Source: Trichodelitschia bisporula
Taxonomy: Eukaryota
Length of the DNA stretch: 64,000 nucleotides
Assembly: GCA_010356995.1 (NCBI GenBank)
Contig: ML996689.1
Span: forward strand, 1,630,691-1,694,690
Direction of reading: 5' to 3'
The stretch's first letter is position 1. The number at the start of each line of letters is the position of its first letter. The translations under genes and the position numbers were made by a program. A model generated the notes under the pieces. The model searched no databases, was not told the DNA's origin, and saw only the letters and a list, made by a program, of their open reading frames with translations. This document shows positions 35,225-49,300 of the stretch, piece by piece.

Positions 35225-36331
35225 ATGGCGCCTCATAATGATTCCCACTCGCCGGCAGGCAGCTTTACCACTTCCCACTTCCGCTCCGCAATGATCTCCG
35301 GTGCTGTCCAATCCACCCCCCTCTACTCCTTGCCACGCACCTACCACAACGACCTGTCAGACTCCAGCTCTGTCGAGGACATGGCACTGCGTCGACCGCT
35401 CATCCCCGGCATCTACGTGCCTACTGTCACCTTCTTCGACCCTGTCACAGAAGACCTCGACCTGGAGACCATCGGCAAGCATGCCGTGAGGCTGGCCCTT
35501 GCTGGCGTGCAAGGCATCACAACGCAAGGCTCCAACGGGGAAGCGGTGCACATGTCCCACCATGAGCGGAACCTCGTCACCCGGACGACGCGCAAGGCTC
35601 TGGACGAGGCTGGCTTCAGCGACATGCCCATCATTGTTGGCTGCGGCGCCCAGTCGACCCGTGAAACAATCGAGCTCTGCCACGACGCTTACCTTGCTGG
35701 GGGAGACTATGCCCTGGTGCTCCCGCCGTCGTACTACAGCGGCCTGCACGCAAAGGACACCGTCATGACCTTTTTTCGCGATGTCGCCAGCGCCTCTCCC
35801 ATCCCCATTCTCATCTACAACTACCCTCCCGCGGCATCCGGCATTGACCTCACGTCAGATGCCATCATTGAGCTCTCGCAGCACAAGAACATTGTCGGCT
35901 GCAAGCTTACGTGCGGCAACACGGGCAAGCTGGCGCGCGTCGCGGCCGGCACTCGCGCCGCGACGCCGTCCGAACCTGGATCGGGATTCATGTGCATGGG
36001 CGGAAGTTGCGATTTCACGCTACAGACGCTGGTTGCCGGCGGGTCGGGAATCATTGGCGGCTTTGGCAACATTGCGCCTAAGACGTGCACGCGTGTGGTC
36101 CAGCTGTTCGAAGCAGGCGATCTGAAGGAGGCGCGCAAGCTGCAGGCGGTGGTAGCTCGAGGCGACTGGGCGGCCATCCAAGGCGGCATTATCGGCACCA
36201 AAAGTGCTCTGCAATCGCACTATGGATACGGCGGATACGCTCGCAAACCATTGCCTCGCCCGAACAAGGAGGAGGCGAAAAGGTGGCGGGACGGATTCGA
36301 GGAGGTGGTCAAGTTGGAGCGTTCGTTATGA
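35225..36331 (+). CDS. DHDPS/NAL-family class I aldolase (related to GaaC/Lga1 and HOGA-like enzymes; substrate unknown)
   Basis: GIYVPTVTFF, QGSNGEA, PILIYNYP, NIVGCKLTCGNTGKL (Schiff-base Lys). Confidence 0.9.
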   Translation: MAPHNDSHSPAGSFTTSHFRSAMISGAVQSTPLYSLPRTYHNDLSDSSSVEDMALRRPLIPGIYVPTVTFFDPVTEDLDLETIGKHAVRLALAGVQGITTQGSNGEAVHMSHHERNLVTRTTRKALDEAGFSDMPIIVGCGAQSTRETIELCHDAYLAGGDYALVLPPSYYSGLHAKDTVMTFFRDVASASPIPILIYNYPPAASGIDLTSDAIIELSQHKNIVGCKLTCGNTGKLARVAAGTRAATPSEPGSGFMCMGGSCDFTLQTLVAGGSGIIGGFGNIAPKTCTRVVQLFEAGDLKEARKLQAVVARGDWAAIQGGIIGTKSALQSHYGYGGYARKPLPRPNKEEAKRWRDGFEEVVKLERSL

Positions 36332-39300
36332 TTTCTTCCGCGCACTTTTTGGCACGATTCCTCAGTTTCCCTGTGATTGTTTTGTTTGCTTTTTTCATGT
36401 CCTCCCCCTCCCCCTCATCCTTCACATGTTTTGTCTGAATTTTGTTCATGGTTTCTAACGACTTTTGCCCACCAACCAGGCGCTATTTTTGCTCTTCCTT
36501 CCCCTGCCCCTCCTCCACCTCATCCTTCGCATCCATCTTCCCCGACGCTATCATCCTTGTCGCATCCGCCCCCCCTTGTTTCTCTCACCACCACCCCCTC
36601 CCTCCCTGCATTATCGTCCCCGCTATCTTCCCCGCAATCTGCTGCACCACCACCGCCGCCACCACCACCTCCGTCTTCGACATCATCGTCTTCAGTCAAG
36701 CCACTTCCTCTAATCACTTCGGCCACTACAATTTCTAATACCGGTACCGCCTGGCTCAAGGCCTTCTCCGCTCTTCTCTGGATCCCGCTCTCCATCCTCA
36801 GTTTCCTCCACATCTTCTCCACCTCGACCACCTCTCACCCCGACAAGGAGGCTCACTCCCTCCCCACCTCTAATTACTCCGGGCCCGAAGACCAGAAGAG
36901 CAAGGCGTTCGTTCTTGGTGACATTTTTCGCTTGGCATTTGGCGGCGTCGGCAGCGACGCGCATGAGAGCAAGAATGGCGCAGGCGTCAACAGGCAGCGC
37001 AAGGATTACAAGATCGGTTTCTGAAAAAGTTTTCTTTCTTTCCTGCTTTTGAGGGGAAAGCTTTGCAGGATGTAGCGGGGCCCGCTACTGCTTCTCTTTC
37101 TCTTTCCAGAGATGATACGGCAGGACACATTTCTCCGAGCAATCGGGCCAAAACATTTTCCTTCACTTCGTTGGCGAGCACAAAAGTTCGGGGACATCGG
37201 TCGTTTGGGTAGAGACGGGGAAACATGTTTTTCGCATTTCGCATTTCGCAGCTGGGCAACAGGCACCTTGAGTTTTCTTTTACGTTTTTTGTTACTGGGG
37301 CCGGGAGGCAACGGGAGCGCTCTCATCGAGATGTTTTTGGTACTTACGGGAATTGGAAAGGACAATGTGCCGGGGCTTTCGGGTTTTTGGGATCATCAGC
37401 TTCTTGTTGCCGCTTCAACGTTGCATTTCTTGACTCAGCCTCGTCGGTTGCTTTGCCCCGCTGCGATTGTGATGTGTAATGGCCCTGGGTCTGCTGCGGT
37501 AGAAGGTACCTATAGACGGGAATTGATGATGGAGCTTCTCAATTGCATATGTCATCCCATCTAGGGATCGGTTACGTGTGTGCATGCCTCTTCTGCTCTG
37601 CTATCCACTTCGTCCATCCCCAATCTGTCCTGCCATGCTTCACCCTTCGGCCCTTCTTTCCATCACCATCCCCGCCAAGGCATCCAAAACTCAAAAGCTC
37701 AAACGGCCCTTCCAACCCCACAGCGCCTCCAGCTTCCGCGCTCATGCAGTCGAGACCCCATCCGTACCCCACAATCTCGATGCCCAGCACGACCACCGCC
37801 GTCAAACCAACGGAGTCAATTCCATCTCCCAGCGGCGCGCCACGTATTTCGCGCCGTCGGCCCACCGGCCGGCCACAATGCGCTCACTCACAACCACGGC
37901 ATTCGGCACCGCCGCGCAGCTCAAACGTCCGCCACTCCGCGCATCGGCGCCGCAGAGTGACGAGCAGGTGCTGCGCAGAGTACATATCTGCAGCGGCGCG
38001 TGGTACAAGTCCAGCCGGTGGGCGGGGGCCACGCACGGGTACATGAGAAGTGTGGAGGAATCGGGTACTGTACTACATTCTTTGGAGTCGAGTGCGTTCC
38101 AATCGCCGCTATGTCGGCGAGGTCGGCCAAGCTAGATGCGCATGGCGGGGCCGAATCAGCGGTGCCGGGCGGGGCGGGTGCGCGGGTACGTGGATGGTTG
38201 TTATTGCGCCGTGGTCGGCTGCACGGCGGTGCAGTGGTGTGTTTGATGCGGTTGGGCTAGTTATGGTACTGTTACTATCGTGAGATGCGGGGCGGGGCTA
38301 GTGGGAAGAGGAATGGGCACGCGGACGAAGAAGTTGCGGGTGATGGAAGGTTGCTGTTCGCGATGCCTAAGCCCCGAGCTAGAGCGCGAGGTACATGAGG
38401 TGGGTATGGGGTACGCTGCTGCTACTGCTGCTTGCGCATGTCATGTGTGTACCCTGCGGTGGACGTTAAGACGCGCGGTTGTACGCAGTATGGCCGATTG
38501 ATGTTCCACGACATGGATTGCGTCATGCGCACGTAGTGTACATCCGTACTGCGCGCCGATGGACGCGGGACGGGTGCGGGTGGGGTAATGGAGGGGACAA
38601 CAACCACGGCCGGATGTTTTGATATTGAACTCAGTGACAACAAACTGTACCATCGTCAGCCCGTATTCCCACAGCAGCAATCTCCTCCAAGCCCAGCCAG
38701 CGCCTTCAACGCGGCTACTTACCCCTTCCCATCTCCACCATCCCCAAATTCATCAACCAACAACCATAATAACCTAATAGCGAAAATAATCCCCCTTACC
38801 CTCCCCAAAAAAAAATTCCCATCCCACACGCGCCGCTCAAGCTTTGCTCCCGACCCCTCGGCTCCCGTACCAAGCCTCCGCATCCCGCCTTCCGGGATCG
38901 CACCGAAGCCCCAGGCCCCGCGCCCAAGCCGCAGCGTCAGACTTGCCGCACTGCCGCCTCCAGGCAGGCGCCACACCGCATGCCGCAGCAAGCAACATCC
39001 AGGACGAAGTCCGCGACGCAAAGCTACCTTACCATAGGCCACGATCGCCAGTGCAGACAACACCACAGCATGTCACTAGCCCGCCGCTTATTACCTAGGG
39101 GGCCGGGAGATCGGAGGCGGGGTACTATGGGACCAAGACCAAGTGGGAGCGGTGACCCCATCATGCCACGATGGGGTAATGGATCATGTAGCTAGGCCCG
39201 CTGTACATACGTATATGCCCGCCGAGGTCCGGTGCTGCGAAAAGATTTTCCTAGCACATACATCCCCCGCCCTGGTTCGAGATTTGCCGCCCTGGTTCTT

Positions 39301-42300
39301 GTGAGATTTTGCTCGGACGCGGGGTGGGGGCGCGAGGGGTAGAATAGAGTAGATTGCCTCCATCCCGCGGGATGTTGAGGCCGCTGTGGGGCCGCTGGAG
39401 CGGTCAGGACGCGGGCGCTGGTGGCATCGTGGGCGTGGGGTGGGTGCAGAAGGGCATCAAAGGAGCGGGGCGTTGGGGAGTGGTTGAACGCCAAAAGGCC
39501 GGCTAGAGATCGGCGAGGGGAGTGAAATGCAAAGCGACGAGGTCGTAAGGCGGACGTTGAGGAGCCAAGGACTCGAGGCTATGAGGCTGTGAGGCAGGGC
39601 GCCCAGCAAAAAAAGCATAGTCTGAGTGGAGCGACTATCGCAGCTTCATGCAAACACCTGGACGGTCTGCCGCACATATGCATATTGCGTTGGCTCAAGT
39701 CGATTACAAGCATGCGCGTAGGCAGCGTCAGGCTCTGTAATTACCGCGCGGGACATGGAGAGGCTGCGAAAGGCTGAAGATAAGATGCCCTTACGCACAA
39801 ACTGCACCGCAATTATTGAGTATGGCGTAATATGGAGAACAGCGGCCTCTCTCATACCGGAGATTGTAAGGAAGCCCACTCGGATCAATGCCGAACCTTG
39901 TGCTCAGCCCTGATGCTGATGTCCGATAAGCCAGTCACCAATTCACGCACCATCGCTGATTGTCAACTCAACGTGGTGCCAGAATGTCCAACTGCAGTCA
40001 GTGATCGTCGCGTCGCTTGATCCTTCCAGGATTTCCTTCCCTGCTGTTTTCCACCCTTGCTTCAAGACAATGGTGGACACTAGCAGAGGGAGCTCAACCT
40101 CCGTCCATCTTACCGCGTCAAGTCTACTGCGCGATGCCGATATTTCGTGCACCAGGCGCACTTGGCCCAAAATGTGGTCTGATGTGTGAGGGATGTCTAC
40201 GTCATTGGAGTGCATGAAGATGCCGGTACAGCCTTGTAAGGGGCTGTCATATGGTGCTAATTGGCAGCCTCGCCGATCATTGAGAGGTAAGATGCCGAAG
40301 AGAGAATGAGCTGGGAACGGCGTAGCAAAAGATAAATCGGAGCTATATCTTATGCAATGCGGTGCGCAGCGAGAGGGATCAAACATGCGCGCAAATAATC
40401 CAGGTTGTCGCGCGCATCCAGTCGGGACGCGTACCGTCTCAATTCTCGCATCCATAGGATTTGACGGCGCCTTTTCCTGCATTGCCGTTGGGCTGGATAT
40501 TCCGCTGACCATATTGAGTGTTTACCGCATAACCTGGAGCGCATTCAGATATTGGCAACTGAGTTGTCGCGCGATTTATGCGCAAAGTTTCAATTTCGAA
40601 GTTGTGAGTGCGCGATCGCCCGATGTGTGGATTCCAAGTTCCGGTAACGCATAGGAAGCGAGCTGAGTGGAAGTTCATGAGATGCGTGTCAGATGGGAGT
40701 GGCCTGCCGTAGTACGAATTGGCATATCATATGCATTCGGTGACCAACCCGGATCATCGATGCGGGAAAGGCTGACGCACTGCAGCGGGCGACGAAACAA
40801 TCCTTGCCAGCACGGAAGTTGCCAGCTGACGAACACATGAAGGGCTTGGAGGGGTCATGTAAGACGTAGTAGCTTGAGCCGCTTAAAGGTCAGCCAGTCT
40901 GCAACATGAACCCGCATGCAGTACTTTTCATGCGGCAGGCCGAAAGTTGAACATTAATCGGGCCGAAGATGGCATTAAAATCCTGAACCATTTCCGAATT
41001 CGGCTGCAAATTGGGAAAGCAGCCAATTTGCCAGCGGCGGCGAAATACCAATCCTCCTCAAGGCGTAGAGGTGTGAGAAGATTGAAATCATGAAGTGGCC
41101 TGGGGTTGTCGAGAGATCTCGAAAAGGAGGGGAAATCGGAGATCTGCTTGGATCTCGATTGGCGGTGGAGCCGACTACTAGCGGAACGGCGGGAAGTGCG
41201 CTAGGCGAAATTGTGGATCGCTATGATAGTGTCGTGCTCCACTTCGTTCTCGACGTTAGTAACGTCCGCAGTTTCTATGAGTTAAAGCCCGAGAAGATAC
41301 GAGCCGCAAGATCGCCAGGAACGCCGATTGCATAGGAATTACTTCTTTCGTATTCTTTAGCGCTGATGACGGGATATTCACCGGAGCAAGCACCGCAGCG
41401 ACGATCAAAAAAGCAATGATGCCGAACTACTGAGCGAGGCGAGCGGATGTACCTCCGGCGGCGCAACTTCGATGTCATCAGTCGACGAGGGGAGTTGACT
41501 CAATGTTGCAGATCCCACAATACTGCGATAATAAGTTGTGGCTGACGACGGCTTAGCTTAGATCATACGGTAAAACCATTGATAGAAAGAAAACGAGACG
41601 TCGCAATTGGGAACAGAACATCAACGCGGAGGACTGGTGACATCATTCGATCGCGGTACCTGACATACACGATAGGGCAGAAACGTTGTGCGATCTGCAG
41701 CAATGCATGTACCGTATGGTAAAGCCAAGCATACACGACAGAGTAGGTGAAGCGGCAAAGGGAGGTAGAGACAATAGAGAAGACGTGAGGTCAAGATGTT
41801 GGTGACACGACGGCAGGTCGGGGTGGCCGAGAAGGTACGTACTTGGGTGTACACATCTCAAGCCTCCGGCCACAGCCCAGTGTGGGGAAGATCTGAGCCA
41901 CCCCACGTGCTAGATAAGTGCACGGCCACACCGACGCGCGCAAAGGGTTGTGACTCCTGCTCAATGACGTCGATGATAATGCCAGGGAGGCCTGGATCTT
42001 CTCAGCCGATCGCTTGGGCTTGCATAAGCATCAGGCTATCCACCAGCATGTCACGCAGTCATCTTTCGAGAACAACCCCGCCCCACGAGAGCCTGGGGGC
42101 GGTGAAAGTGTGGGGGTGGCATTCCGCTTTGACCCCCTGTGGCGGGCATCACGCGCGGCTCTCACTCTCCTCTGCCTACCGCCTCTCGGAGTCGCAACCG
42201 AAGGAAGAGTGCTGATCTCACGCTACTGCACATATCTGACTCGAATCACAATTGCTCCGTTGGACTACACTTTTGATACATGGGCCAATTGGCGCCCGAG

Positions 42301-42316
42301 ACGAAACAATACGCCC

Positions 42317-45300
42317 TTAATCGCGATGGCGACCGTTGTAGCCGCGATCTTGGCCTCTATCTCCACCCCCACGTCCTCCGCCGCCGTACCCACCCCGCCT
42401 GTCGCCTCCTCCCCTATCGTCTCTCCGTCCTTGCCCACGGTTATCGTAGTTTTGGCCATACGGGCCTTGACCTTGAGCCCCGTATCCTCCCTGGCCTTGA
42501 CCGCTGCGACCGCCATAGCCGCCTTGACCACCGCCATAACCTCCCTGGTTCCAGTTCTGGCTTCCCGGAGCCTGAAAGCCGGGGTTGTAGTTCACGGGCG
42601 GCTGCTGTCCTCCACGGCCTCCCGCATATTGCGGAGGTGGCGGAGGAACCCAGCCGGTCGCAGCAGCAACATGGGGCGGGGGCGGTCCATCCTGACCGTT
42701 CGCTGGATTGAAACCAGGGGCGATGAAGGGTGCGAATGGGTTGGCATAGTTGATTTGATCACGCCCACCGCCGTTGTTCCCGTGGCCATTGTTGTTGCCA
42801 TATCCCCCATTCCGGTTGTTATTATTGTGCAATGGAGCACCGCCATAGCCGCGACCAGACTGCTGAGAGCGCCTACGGGATGCCTGAATATCTGATTCGT
42901 TGAGCTCTGGCGGTGGCATGTTGACCCCACGGAGAAGCATCGATTTGTGGATGTTCTTCGATTGAGGCATTTCATATATCACACTACGGGATTGGTTAGC
43001 ACATGCCATCATATGATTATCCTGATAGCGAACATACCTCATCGACTGGTCTTCCGGGAGATCGGGCATACTTCCACCGCTGAGAGGGGAGACCAGGCTG
43101 CTTTGGGGCAGGTGATCCTCATTCTTCTCCACATTCCCCGTAAGGCCATGCGACCGCTTAGGGTCAAGCTTGAGCTGCGATTCCGTCCGCTTCTTGGAGT
43201 AGAATTTCATCACGAGGTCTTCGTACAAAGGGTGGCGATTGGAAAAGAGAAGGACATCCTTGCCGAACTCGTTCCGGGCCCTTTCCTCAGGTGTGAGTGA
43301 GGGATACTTTCTGCCCATCGCAGCTAGCAGGCGCTTCTCATCAATGAAAGGTAGAAGCGCAACACCTTGCCATTGAAACTTCTTCCCGTTCAAATCGATC
43401 GGGAAATCTTCGGGGTAAAAGTCAAGGATGTCGCTGTCTTCCTTCATCATGAGCTCCCTGAAGGGCTCTGGAATGGCATGTGAAGAGGCAGCAGGCATGA
43501 CAGCCATAAGCTGCTCATAGGCTCTGAAGGGCGTTCCAGTCTCAAAGGAAATCTTCATGTCGGCCATGTCCACGAAATCTGCGGCGAAGGGAGCGTAGTG
43601 GTAGGGGTAGTACCAGGTCCACGATGGGCACCCTTGCATGTAGTACAACAGCACCCAGCAGCAGCCTTCGACGTATGCAGCAGCAACCTTGTGGCGGAAG
43701 GCGATATCCTTGGGATCGACCTGGAATTTCTGTTCGTAATATCGGTCCGCATACCCATCTTCCCAAAGACGAACGGTGTCAGGGGCCATTTCTCCCGACT
43801 CAGCTGGCTTTGGGGTGCCAACCACGATGGGTGTGTTGCGTCCGGGAGTACCTTCCTCCTCGTCGACTTCATCTGCTTTACGCTTGCCGAGTGTACTGGG
43901 GGTGGTCGGCAAAGCCCCCGTAGCTTCGGGAGTACCGGGACCGGTCGGAGTGGGGTCAGCGGTCTCCGTATCGGCTGTAGAGTCTTCTGCAAGTTGAGAC
44001 GTGGAGGCTTTCTTCTTAAGAAGCGTTTCTCTCAACACAGCAGCAGCACTCTTGTTGGCAACGTTCGACTGCGCAAGGCTTTCCTGGAATTTGGCCTTCT
44101 TGTTGACAAACTGCTCATGCGTAAGCCTGCGAACTTCCGTCTTGGCCTGTGCTGGGTCGAAGAGCGGAATGTCATCATGGTTTTGGGCTCCTTTTTTGCC
44201 GTAGCTTGGATTGACCGGAGGGTTAATGCCGGACCAGCTGCTGCTCCCTTCATCCCCGCCGTTGCCCTTGTTGTTCCTGTCGTTGTTGTTACCGCCGGCG
44301 CGGCGGTCGGCCTCCAGTTTTCTCCTCTTAGCACCTGCCTCTCGCCGCTCGTCGATTTGACGACGCCGCTTAAAGATAGCGTCCTCCTGCTTAGCTAGTC
44401 CGCTGAGGATATGCTGTGCTCTAGGAAGATCGACGTGGCCATCCTTGGTAACATATCCACCCATTATAGGCAGATTGTCCTTCCAGCAAGCAACCAAGGT
44501 ATCGATACCTTCCTCTCTGATGCTCAAGCTGGGAAGGTGAGGGAGAAAATCGTTACCGACGAAAAAGCACATGAAGACCCAGTCATCTATTGCACGCTCC
44601 AAGTCCCACTTGAATGGGAGGCGGTGTACGGCCAACTCTTCCGCAAGGTATTCGCGGAGGACATTGAGTTTGAGCCAAATAAAGGGCTTTTGGACAGGCT
44701 TCCCCTTTTCGTCGAACTCTCCCTCCTTGACCTTTGCCTGGCCACGGCATTCGGCAGCCAAATGACCGGCTTGTCCGCAGAGCCTGCAAGTGTTGGGCTT
44801 GGTGGACTGGAAAAAGACGTCTTCACGGAGGACCCTGAAATGAGGCTCGTGCGTTGCGAGACCAAGCATGATGAGATCGGCGTCGAGGCCGTAGATGACA
44901 TGGCGCGTGTTGGGATCATGGTCGGGCGACCGGCGCTGTGAACGGACAAACTCCATGATCTTATGTTCGCCTTCACCCGGGACAGTAGCATCAGAAATGA
45001 TGACCTTGAGATGTGCCCACCCAGGATCCGTAGACAGCTTGTAAGCCACCCAATACCTCAAGCTAGCAGCAAGGGTGTCCATGAACGGAGTGCCTGGTGT
45101 AATGACGTTGCTGTCCCATGTCTTGACGGCCTCCGCAGGCTCTTCGGCACCTGCGCCGGACTTGTCCTTGCCCGACATCATCGTTCTCCGGAACTCTTCC
45201 TTCTCCTCATCTTTCTCCTTGGCATCTTTCGCAGAACGAAAGCGACGAGACCGCTGCTGATTCATCTTGGCTCGAGGGGCGACACCATCTGTTAGAGTAA

Positions 45301-45744
45301 GCAAACATTCTGCATTCGGGAGGTAACCAGGGTTCAGAGAGAGCAGCCATACCCCCACTCGAGATGTAGTAAGGTGATACTGCACCCTGGACAAAGGAGC
45401 GGGAGTCATTGTTCAGTGAGGTTAAGTCGTTACATACCAATAGCCATCATCAAGACTTTCCGAGGGCGAACCATGTTCACTACACGATCTGTGTACTTGA
45501 AGATCTCCAACATCATCTCCTCCTCATCACGCGGAGGTGGGCGGTCTTCCGGATGTGAACATGGGTGGACAATGCCATTCATATCCAGGTACAAATTGTC
45601 GAACTCTTCGCCGTTCGGATTTGGACCCGTATGGTCAACGGGGATCTCTTCGCCATGGACCTCAACTGGGCGCTCCTCGATGACCGGGGTGATGATTTTG
45701 GGATATTTGGTGGAGAGCCACCTGAAGAAGGCGGGAACACCCAT
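42317..45744 (-). CDS. RAT1: Nuclear 5'-3' exoribonuclease Rat1/Xrn2 (introns 45289-45437 and about 42988-43038)
   Basis: [60 protein letters not shown] knuckle [14 protein letters not shown], Gly/Arg-rich tail. Confidence 0.97.
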
Positions 45745-46363
45745 AGTGATAGAGAAATAGACGTCCGGTGAGAAAGAGATAAATCTGTGGAAGAACTAGC
45801 GAAGGTGACGTTCGCAAAGGAAGCGAAGTGCAAACAGCCAGCGGGACTGCGTAGGAGCGCAGTAAATGGCTTTCCTACACGAGCGAGCACATTCACAAGT
45901 GTAAGGTGACGTGCTGACGTGATGAATCGTGACGGAGTTGCGTTGTGTTCGCGGAAGTTGACGCGAGGAAGTACTTGAAGCGCGAATGTCTCGTTGAAGG
46001 CTGCAGTCTGGGGGCATGCATGCGGCGATTTGCCGCCAAGGGATTTATGGGCCCTTGACCTTGTGCATGGACCACGTCTTCCACATTATTGTGACCTACG
46101 TATTGCTTTGGGCTCGCTCTCTTCTTTGTGCAGCATAACAGCAAGGTCATTTTCGCTTGGTGTTTGCTGTGTACAAGCTTTCAGATGCAGTAATATACCC
46201 AACGTATGTATTCTGAGATGCTCAAACACCAGAAACTTGACTAACGATCTCTGGATAGCTACCAACCCTTTTCATTCCGCCCACATGCACGAGTGATACA
46301 CGAACCCATTGACCTTCAACCTATGATCGTCAGAGTATCTGCCAGGGAACGGAGCTCGCAGGC

Positions 46364-49300
46364 ATGTTGCGCATGCTGGAGGCTCAGGCGCCTGCCAAAC
46401 AGACCGCGACGGACACCATACGCACGCTCGGGGACCGCCTCAACACTGCTACTCTCCTCGAAGACCGGCGCGCTGCCATATTCGGCCTGCGTAGCTTCGC
46501 AAAGGAATACCCAGCTTCAGTAGCATCGGGGGCGCTCCGCGGCCTCATCGGCTGCCTAGCGAGGGATGTGGAGGATGTGGATACCGTCAAGCCTGTGCTC
46601 GAAACACTTCTTATGCTATTTAGTCCCAATGAAGATAGCGTAGGATGCCCTGCTTCAAGTCCATTTACGCGTGTACTGATTTAAATAATAGCCAGAGGCC
46701 TCCGAGGACATCGCGCTGTGGTTAGCAGATGAGTTCACTCAGGTAAGGCCCTGTATTGCATCCGCTTTGCCCGTACTGAGCTTATGTTAGCGACAAGATA
46801 ACATCCAAATCCTCCTCGACCTTCTTGATACCCCCGATTTCTACTCCCGCCTGTATTCTCTCCAGTTACTTTCTGCTATTTTTGCCGCACGTCCGGAGCG
46901 AACACAGGAATGTGTCCTAAGTGCGGCTTTGGGAGTTTCGAGACTTGTTGCTACGCTCGATGACTCACGCGACGCCATTCGGAATGGTAAGTGAAGTGTT
47001 CGCTATGAGGAGCCGGTTCTCACATCATCTAGCCTGCCTGCTCCTCCTCAGCGATGTGGCACAGTCATCCACGGAACTTCAAAAGCTGATCGCCTTTGAA
47101 AATGCATTTGAACGAATATTTGCACTCATCGACGTGGAAGGCTCCCTCAACCTCGGCGGAATTGTCGTTCAAGACTGCCTAGATTTGCTGGCTAATCTTG
47201 TCCGGCATAACGCTTCCAACCAGTCGCTCTTCCGGGAATCGGGATGTGTTGCAAAGCTCAGCAAGCTTCTCCAAAGCGTATCCAAAGCACCAGAGAACCG
47301 AGATGAGGAGACGTGGCCGAGCCAACAGAGTGCGAAAAATGTCTGGGGACTTCTAGCTGTCATACGGCTTTTCCTGGTGGAAGGAAACTTTGGTACCGAT
47401 GAGAACCAAACGATATTTTACAAGCACGGAATGCTGCAGCAGGCCTTGAATCTTGCCTTTAATGGCGCCACCGAGTTGCCAATCAAAGCAGAGGCTCTGT
47501 CGACATGCGCGGATATGATCAGGCGGAACCCCGAGATCCAGACGTCCTTCGCCCAGTTGCAGGTTTCGCCTGTCGTCGAAAAGAGTGCGCATCCTCCCAA
47601 TGGAATGAATGGCATCGGCAAGGTCTACATTATTGATGCTCTACTGGATCTCGTCATCTCCCCGACATCAAAGGTCAGCTTTGATATTCGACTAGCTGCT
47701 TGCGAGTGCATCAAGGCCTACTTCGACAACCACGCCCAAATTCGGCTGCACTTTCTCAACCGTGCCATTGATGGGCACATGTCCGGCGAGGATGAGACTG
47801 CAAATGTGCTAACAACTCTGATCCGCGGAAGCGGAGAGTTCCGTCAAAAGAACACCGACCCCTACCGCATCTGGTTCGCGTCCGTCATCGTCTTCCATCT
47901 CCTCTGGGAAGACCCAGAGGCAAAACACCGCCTCCAGACCGTCTCCGAAGGCGACGCTTCCAGCGGCGAAGAAGTAATCACCTGCATTCAGAGTCTCGCC
48001 GCAAACCTGATCACGGGCATCCAAAACAACGACGATGAGCGCACCCTCATCGCCTACGCCACCGTGTTAACCGGCTGGCTCTTCGAAGACCCACCAGCAG
48101 TAAACGACTTCCTAACCGAAGCCTCAAATGTCCAAATCCTCAAGCACGCCCTCTCCTCCCCGCACCCCCTCACCCGCGGCCTCTCCGCCATCCTCCTAGG
48201 CACCCTCTACGAATTTTCAACCAAAGACTCGCCCCTCCCCCGCCGCTCTCTCGCACCCCTACTCACAACGCCCCAGACCCGCACCTTGTACCTCGCCTCC
48301 CTCACCGCCCTGCGCCACCTCCCCCTGATCCGCGACTTTGACCTCCTCCCGAGCCACCCTGATGACCCCGCCCCTCGCGCTTTCTTCGACCCCACTTTCG
48401 TCTCCTTCCTAAAGGACCACGCCTTCTCCCGCCTTACACGGGCTATCGACCGCGATCCCCGTCGCGAGGCCGCGCTCCCCACGCACGAGGGCGGCATCGA
48501 CCGCGACGCCCTCGACGAGCTGCGTGCACGGCTTGGCGAGGCCGAAGCCAAGGCGCGTGAATTCGAGAGCAAAGCCGTGGAGCTGGAGCGCGGGCTGGGG
48601 ACGGAGCAGGCGCTGCGGCGTAGGGAGGGAGAGACGGCGGCGGCCGAGGTGAGACGGATTACGAGCGTGAATGAAGCGCTAAGGCGGGCGCATGAGGAAG
48701 AGATTGTGGAGACTAAGGGACGGCTGGGGGCGGAGATTGAAAGTGTTAGGGTTGAGGGGGAGAAGGTATTAAAGAGGGTGCGTGGGGAAGGGGAGAAGAG
48801 GATTAAGGAGCTTGAGAGGGAGGTGGAGGAGATTAGGGTGGCGGCGAAGAAGGAGGCTGAGCGCACGAAGGAGTATTATGAACGGATGGTGGGGGGGTTG
48901 CGTAGCGGCAAGCGCGATGTGGAGGCTAGGCTTCAGGAGGCGCTGGATGGGCATGAGGGGCTGGCGAAGGAGTTGGATGAGGCGGAGCAGGCGCTTAAGG
49001 AGGCAAGGGAGAGCGAGGCTAACGCTAGGACTGAACTTGGGGCCGTTAAGGCGGAACTTGAGAAGCGTGTCAAGGAGGTTGAGGAGTTGAAAGCGAGCGA
49101 GACGACACTGAAGGAGGGGCTCGAGGATGAGAAGACTAAGGTGTCGATGTTGGAGAAGGAGGTTGCAGAGTTGGAGAAGGAGGTCGCTCAGTTGGGGAGT
49201 CGGACCGATGGCTTAAACAAGGCCGTCGAGAAGGAGAAGAAGCTGGCGGCCGAGAAGGAGGAGGCCCGCAAGGCGGCGCAGACTGAGCTGGACGATTTGT

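Noticed and set aside
35225..36331. Calling the aldolase gaaC of a galacturonate cluster
   Set aside because: There is no adjacent gaaA-like reductase and I saw no TCCNCCAAT element upstream. Family membership alone does not fix the substrate.
37578..38135. 185-aa plus-strand ORF as an orphan gene
   Set aside because: No recognisable motif, and several overlapping ORFs of similar size occur in this GC-rich DNA. It cannot be supported without expression data.
42014..42895. 293-aa hydrophobic plus-strand ORF, and similar long antisense ORFs over the PDI, RTC4 and ILS1 genes
   Set aside because: These are antisense shadows of GC-rich, codon-biased real genes.
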